Shown in pieces: positions 4,235 through 5,619 of a stretch of 5,619 nucleotides of DNA. The position numbers and the translations under genes are program-made. Origin of the DNA: Promethearchaeota archaeon. GTDB lineage: Archaea > Asgardarchaeota > Lokiarchaeia > Sigyniarchaeales > SOKP01. Under the pieces are notes generated by a model. The model had not been told where the DNA came from, searched no databases, and was given only the letters and a program-made list of their open reading frames with translations. The stretch covers positions 1-5,619 of the forward strand of contig JARRLT010000115.1 of NCBI GenBank assembly GCA_037386725.1, read 5' to 3'. Within the stretch, counting starts at the first letter, position 1; each line of letters opens with the position of its first letter.

Positions 4235-5619
4235 TTATTTTAATTTTTCCATCTGTTTTGAATATTCTTTGAATTTAGTGATCATAAAATAGATCGCAAT
4301 TCCAGTAACTCCTAGAATGAAAAAAGTTCCCATTATAAGAAATATATTAATTGTCGGTGTTTCTATATATACTTTAAAATTATTATTATAGATTAAGACA
4401 GTATTATTGCTATAATCTCTTACGATTAATAAGTAAGAATAGGTTCCAGGATCTAATTTATTAAGTTTAATATAAAATGTATTATTGTTTGCATCAAAAT
4501 TGTTACTATTTGAATATATTGTATAATGATTAAAATTATCTTGGCTCATCAAGATCATTACACATTCAATTCCGGATTGATTATCGACAGCAGATACTGT
4601 ATAATTGAGATTACTTCCAACTGATTGATATTTACCTGGCTTAAGAAAGGAATTTATTATTGGAGATTTTTTATCTGGGAGTGTAGTAAAGTTAAAATAT
4701 GTTGGAATAAGGTTATGACCAGTAATTTCCATATTATAAACTTCATTTGCCCCAAGAGGTAAGCGAAATGTAACCGTTCCGTTAATGTCAGCATATACTG
4801 TTCGCGATTTTCCATCCGATGTATGCATAAAAACTCGTGCATAGGGGACAACTTCATTTCTTGTATTAAAAACTGTAAAATTGACTAATTGACCTTCATA
4901 GAACTCGGTTGGAATTGTATTTTTTACATGAACTGGAGTATTGGTGTAGATATCGACTTCGGGATCACCTAAAAGGTTATAGGTCAAGAGATTTTTTCTT
5001 TGATATTCATAAGTTATTGAGGTTTGGGTTTTAAAATATTCACTATTCATATAAGCAACTTTTGAGTCATAAAGCGCTTTCCCGGGTTGGAATTCTTTAT
5101 TATGAAAAAATTCATACCAGAATAGCTTTGCATTACCACGATTGAGTTTTTCAAGATTGTAATCGTCCGTGAAATACCATGTGACCCTCATAGCCCCTAT
5201 ATAAGCGATTGCTCCCGCATGTTGTTGTCGCATTAGAGTTTCACCAATGTTATCACTATAACTCTTTAAATCAAAAGGAGCGGTAGTACATGCATCAGCA
5301 TAAAAGAGAGAAGGCATATTAGTATTATTGCTATCTTGAGCATCTATGTTGCTATATATCGTACCTACTTTTTTTCCTTCATAATAATCAGGACTTCCAT
5401 GCCCTGCAAAAAGAATTGTTGAATATCCTAAATTTATATTAGAGACAAAGGAAGAATGAGAAAGTAATGTTTGATTATTTGGAGGTGGTGGTATTTCTGG
5501 ACTGAATGAAGTGGTACTATAAAGATGAGTAAAATTCATATTATCAAGTACATAATTTTTCCAAATATATTGCGTTAATCTTGCTTCATCTTCTCCGTCT
5601 GGGGGTTCTTGACTCGCTA
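4235..5619 (-). CDS. Clan CD cysteine peptidase (gingipain / peptidase C25-like) with beta-sandwich domains and a C-terminal transmembrane anchor; 5'-partial, N-terminus lies beyond the window
   Basis: The reading frame stays open from the annotated Met (5539) to the window edge; translating 5540..5617 gives ASQEPPDGEDEARLTQYIWKNYVLDN with no stop. The caspase-fold dyad context is present: LFAGHGSPDYY (His codon 5399..5401) and LFYADACTTAPFD (Cys codon 5288..5290), 37 residues apart. PYARVFMHTSDGKSRTVYADINGTVTFRLPLG resembles a carboxypeptidase-regulatory/Ig-like beta-sandwich. A TM helix INIFLIMGTFFILGVTGIAIYFMI (about 4280..4351) is followed by a short basic tail. There are many N-x-S/T sequons. 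The stop is TAA at 4235..4237. Confidence 0.85.
   Translation of the reverse strand, partial: ASQEPPDGEDEARLTQYIWKNYVLDNMNFTHLYSTTSFSPEIPPPPNNQTLLSHSSFVSNINLGYSTILFAGHGSPDYYEGKKVGTIYSNIDAQDSNNTNMPSLFYADACTTAPFDLKSYSDNIGETLMRQQHAGAIAYIGAMRVTWYFTDDYNLEKLNRGNAKLFWYEFFHNKEFQPGKALYDSKVAYMNSEYFKTQTSITYEYQRKNLLTYNLLGDPEVDIYTNTPVHVKNTIPTEFYEGQLVNFTVFNTRNEVVPYARVFMHTSDGKSRTVYADINGTVTFRLPLGANEVYNMEITGHNLIPTYFNFTTLPDKKSPIINSFLKPGKYQSVGSNLNYTVSAVDNQSGIECVMILMSQDNFNHYTIYSNSNNFDANNNTFYIKLNKLDPGTYSYLLIVRDYSNNTVLIYNNNFKVYIETPTINIFLIMGTFFILGVTGIAIYFMITKFKEYSKQMEKLK

Noticed and set aside
4657-4857. 66-aa ORF on the minus strand
   Set aside because: It is nested out of frame inside the peptidase gene, with no independent support.
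5537-5539. ATG at 5539 as the true start of the peptidase
   Set aside because: The frame is open to the window edge, and the catalytic His would be too close to the N-terminus. I treat it as an internal Met of a 5'-truncated gene.

Overview
The window is very AT-rich and probably archaeal, judging from TTTATATA-type TATA boxes, oligo-T tracts after genes and archaeal/eukaryal-type 5S rRNA motifs. I cannot assign a lineage. It holds four credible protein genes. These are a small DUF861/cupin_3 protein (206..490 +), a 701-aa PAS-PAS-PAS-GAF-PAS sensor with no transmitter domain (770..2875 +), a 191-aa membrane protein of unknown function (3082..3657 -), and a clan-CD (gingipain/C25-like) surface cysteine peptidase whose 5' end runs off the window (4235..5619 -). 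The main finding is a GC-enriched island in the 3658..4234 spacer. Read on the minus strand (about 3990..3865, 126 nt), it contains every canonical 5S rRNA element, but in circularly permuted order. The gamma domain and the 3' strand of helix I come first. They are joined through a UUCG tetraloop to the 5' strand of helix I, loop A and the beta domain. The new ends fall at the helix III/loop B bulge, and a TATA box is spaced to start transcription at the permuted 5' boundary. I found no canonical-order 5S reading. All calls rest on manual sequence reading only; no searches or folding programs were run.
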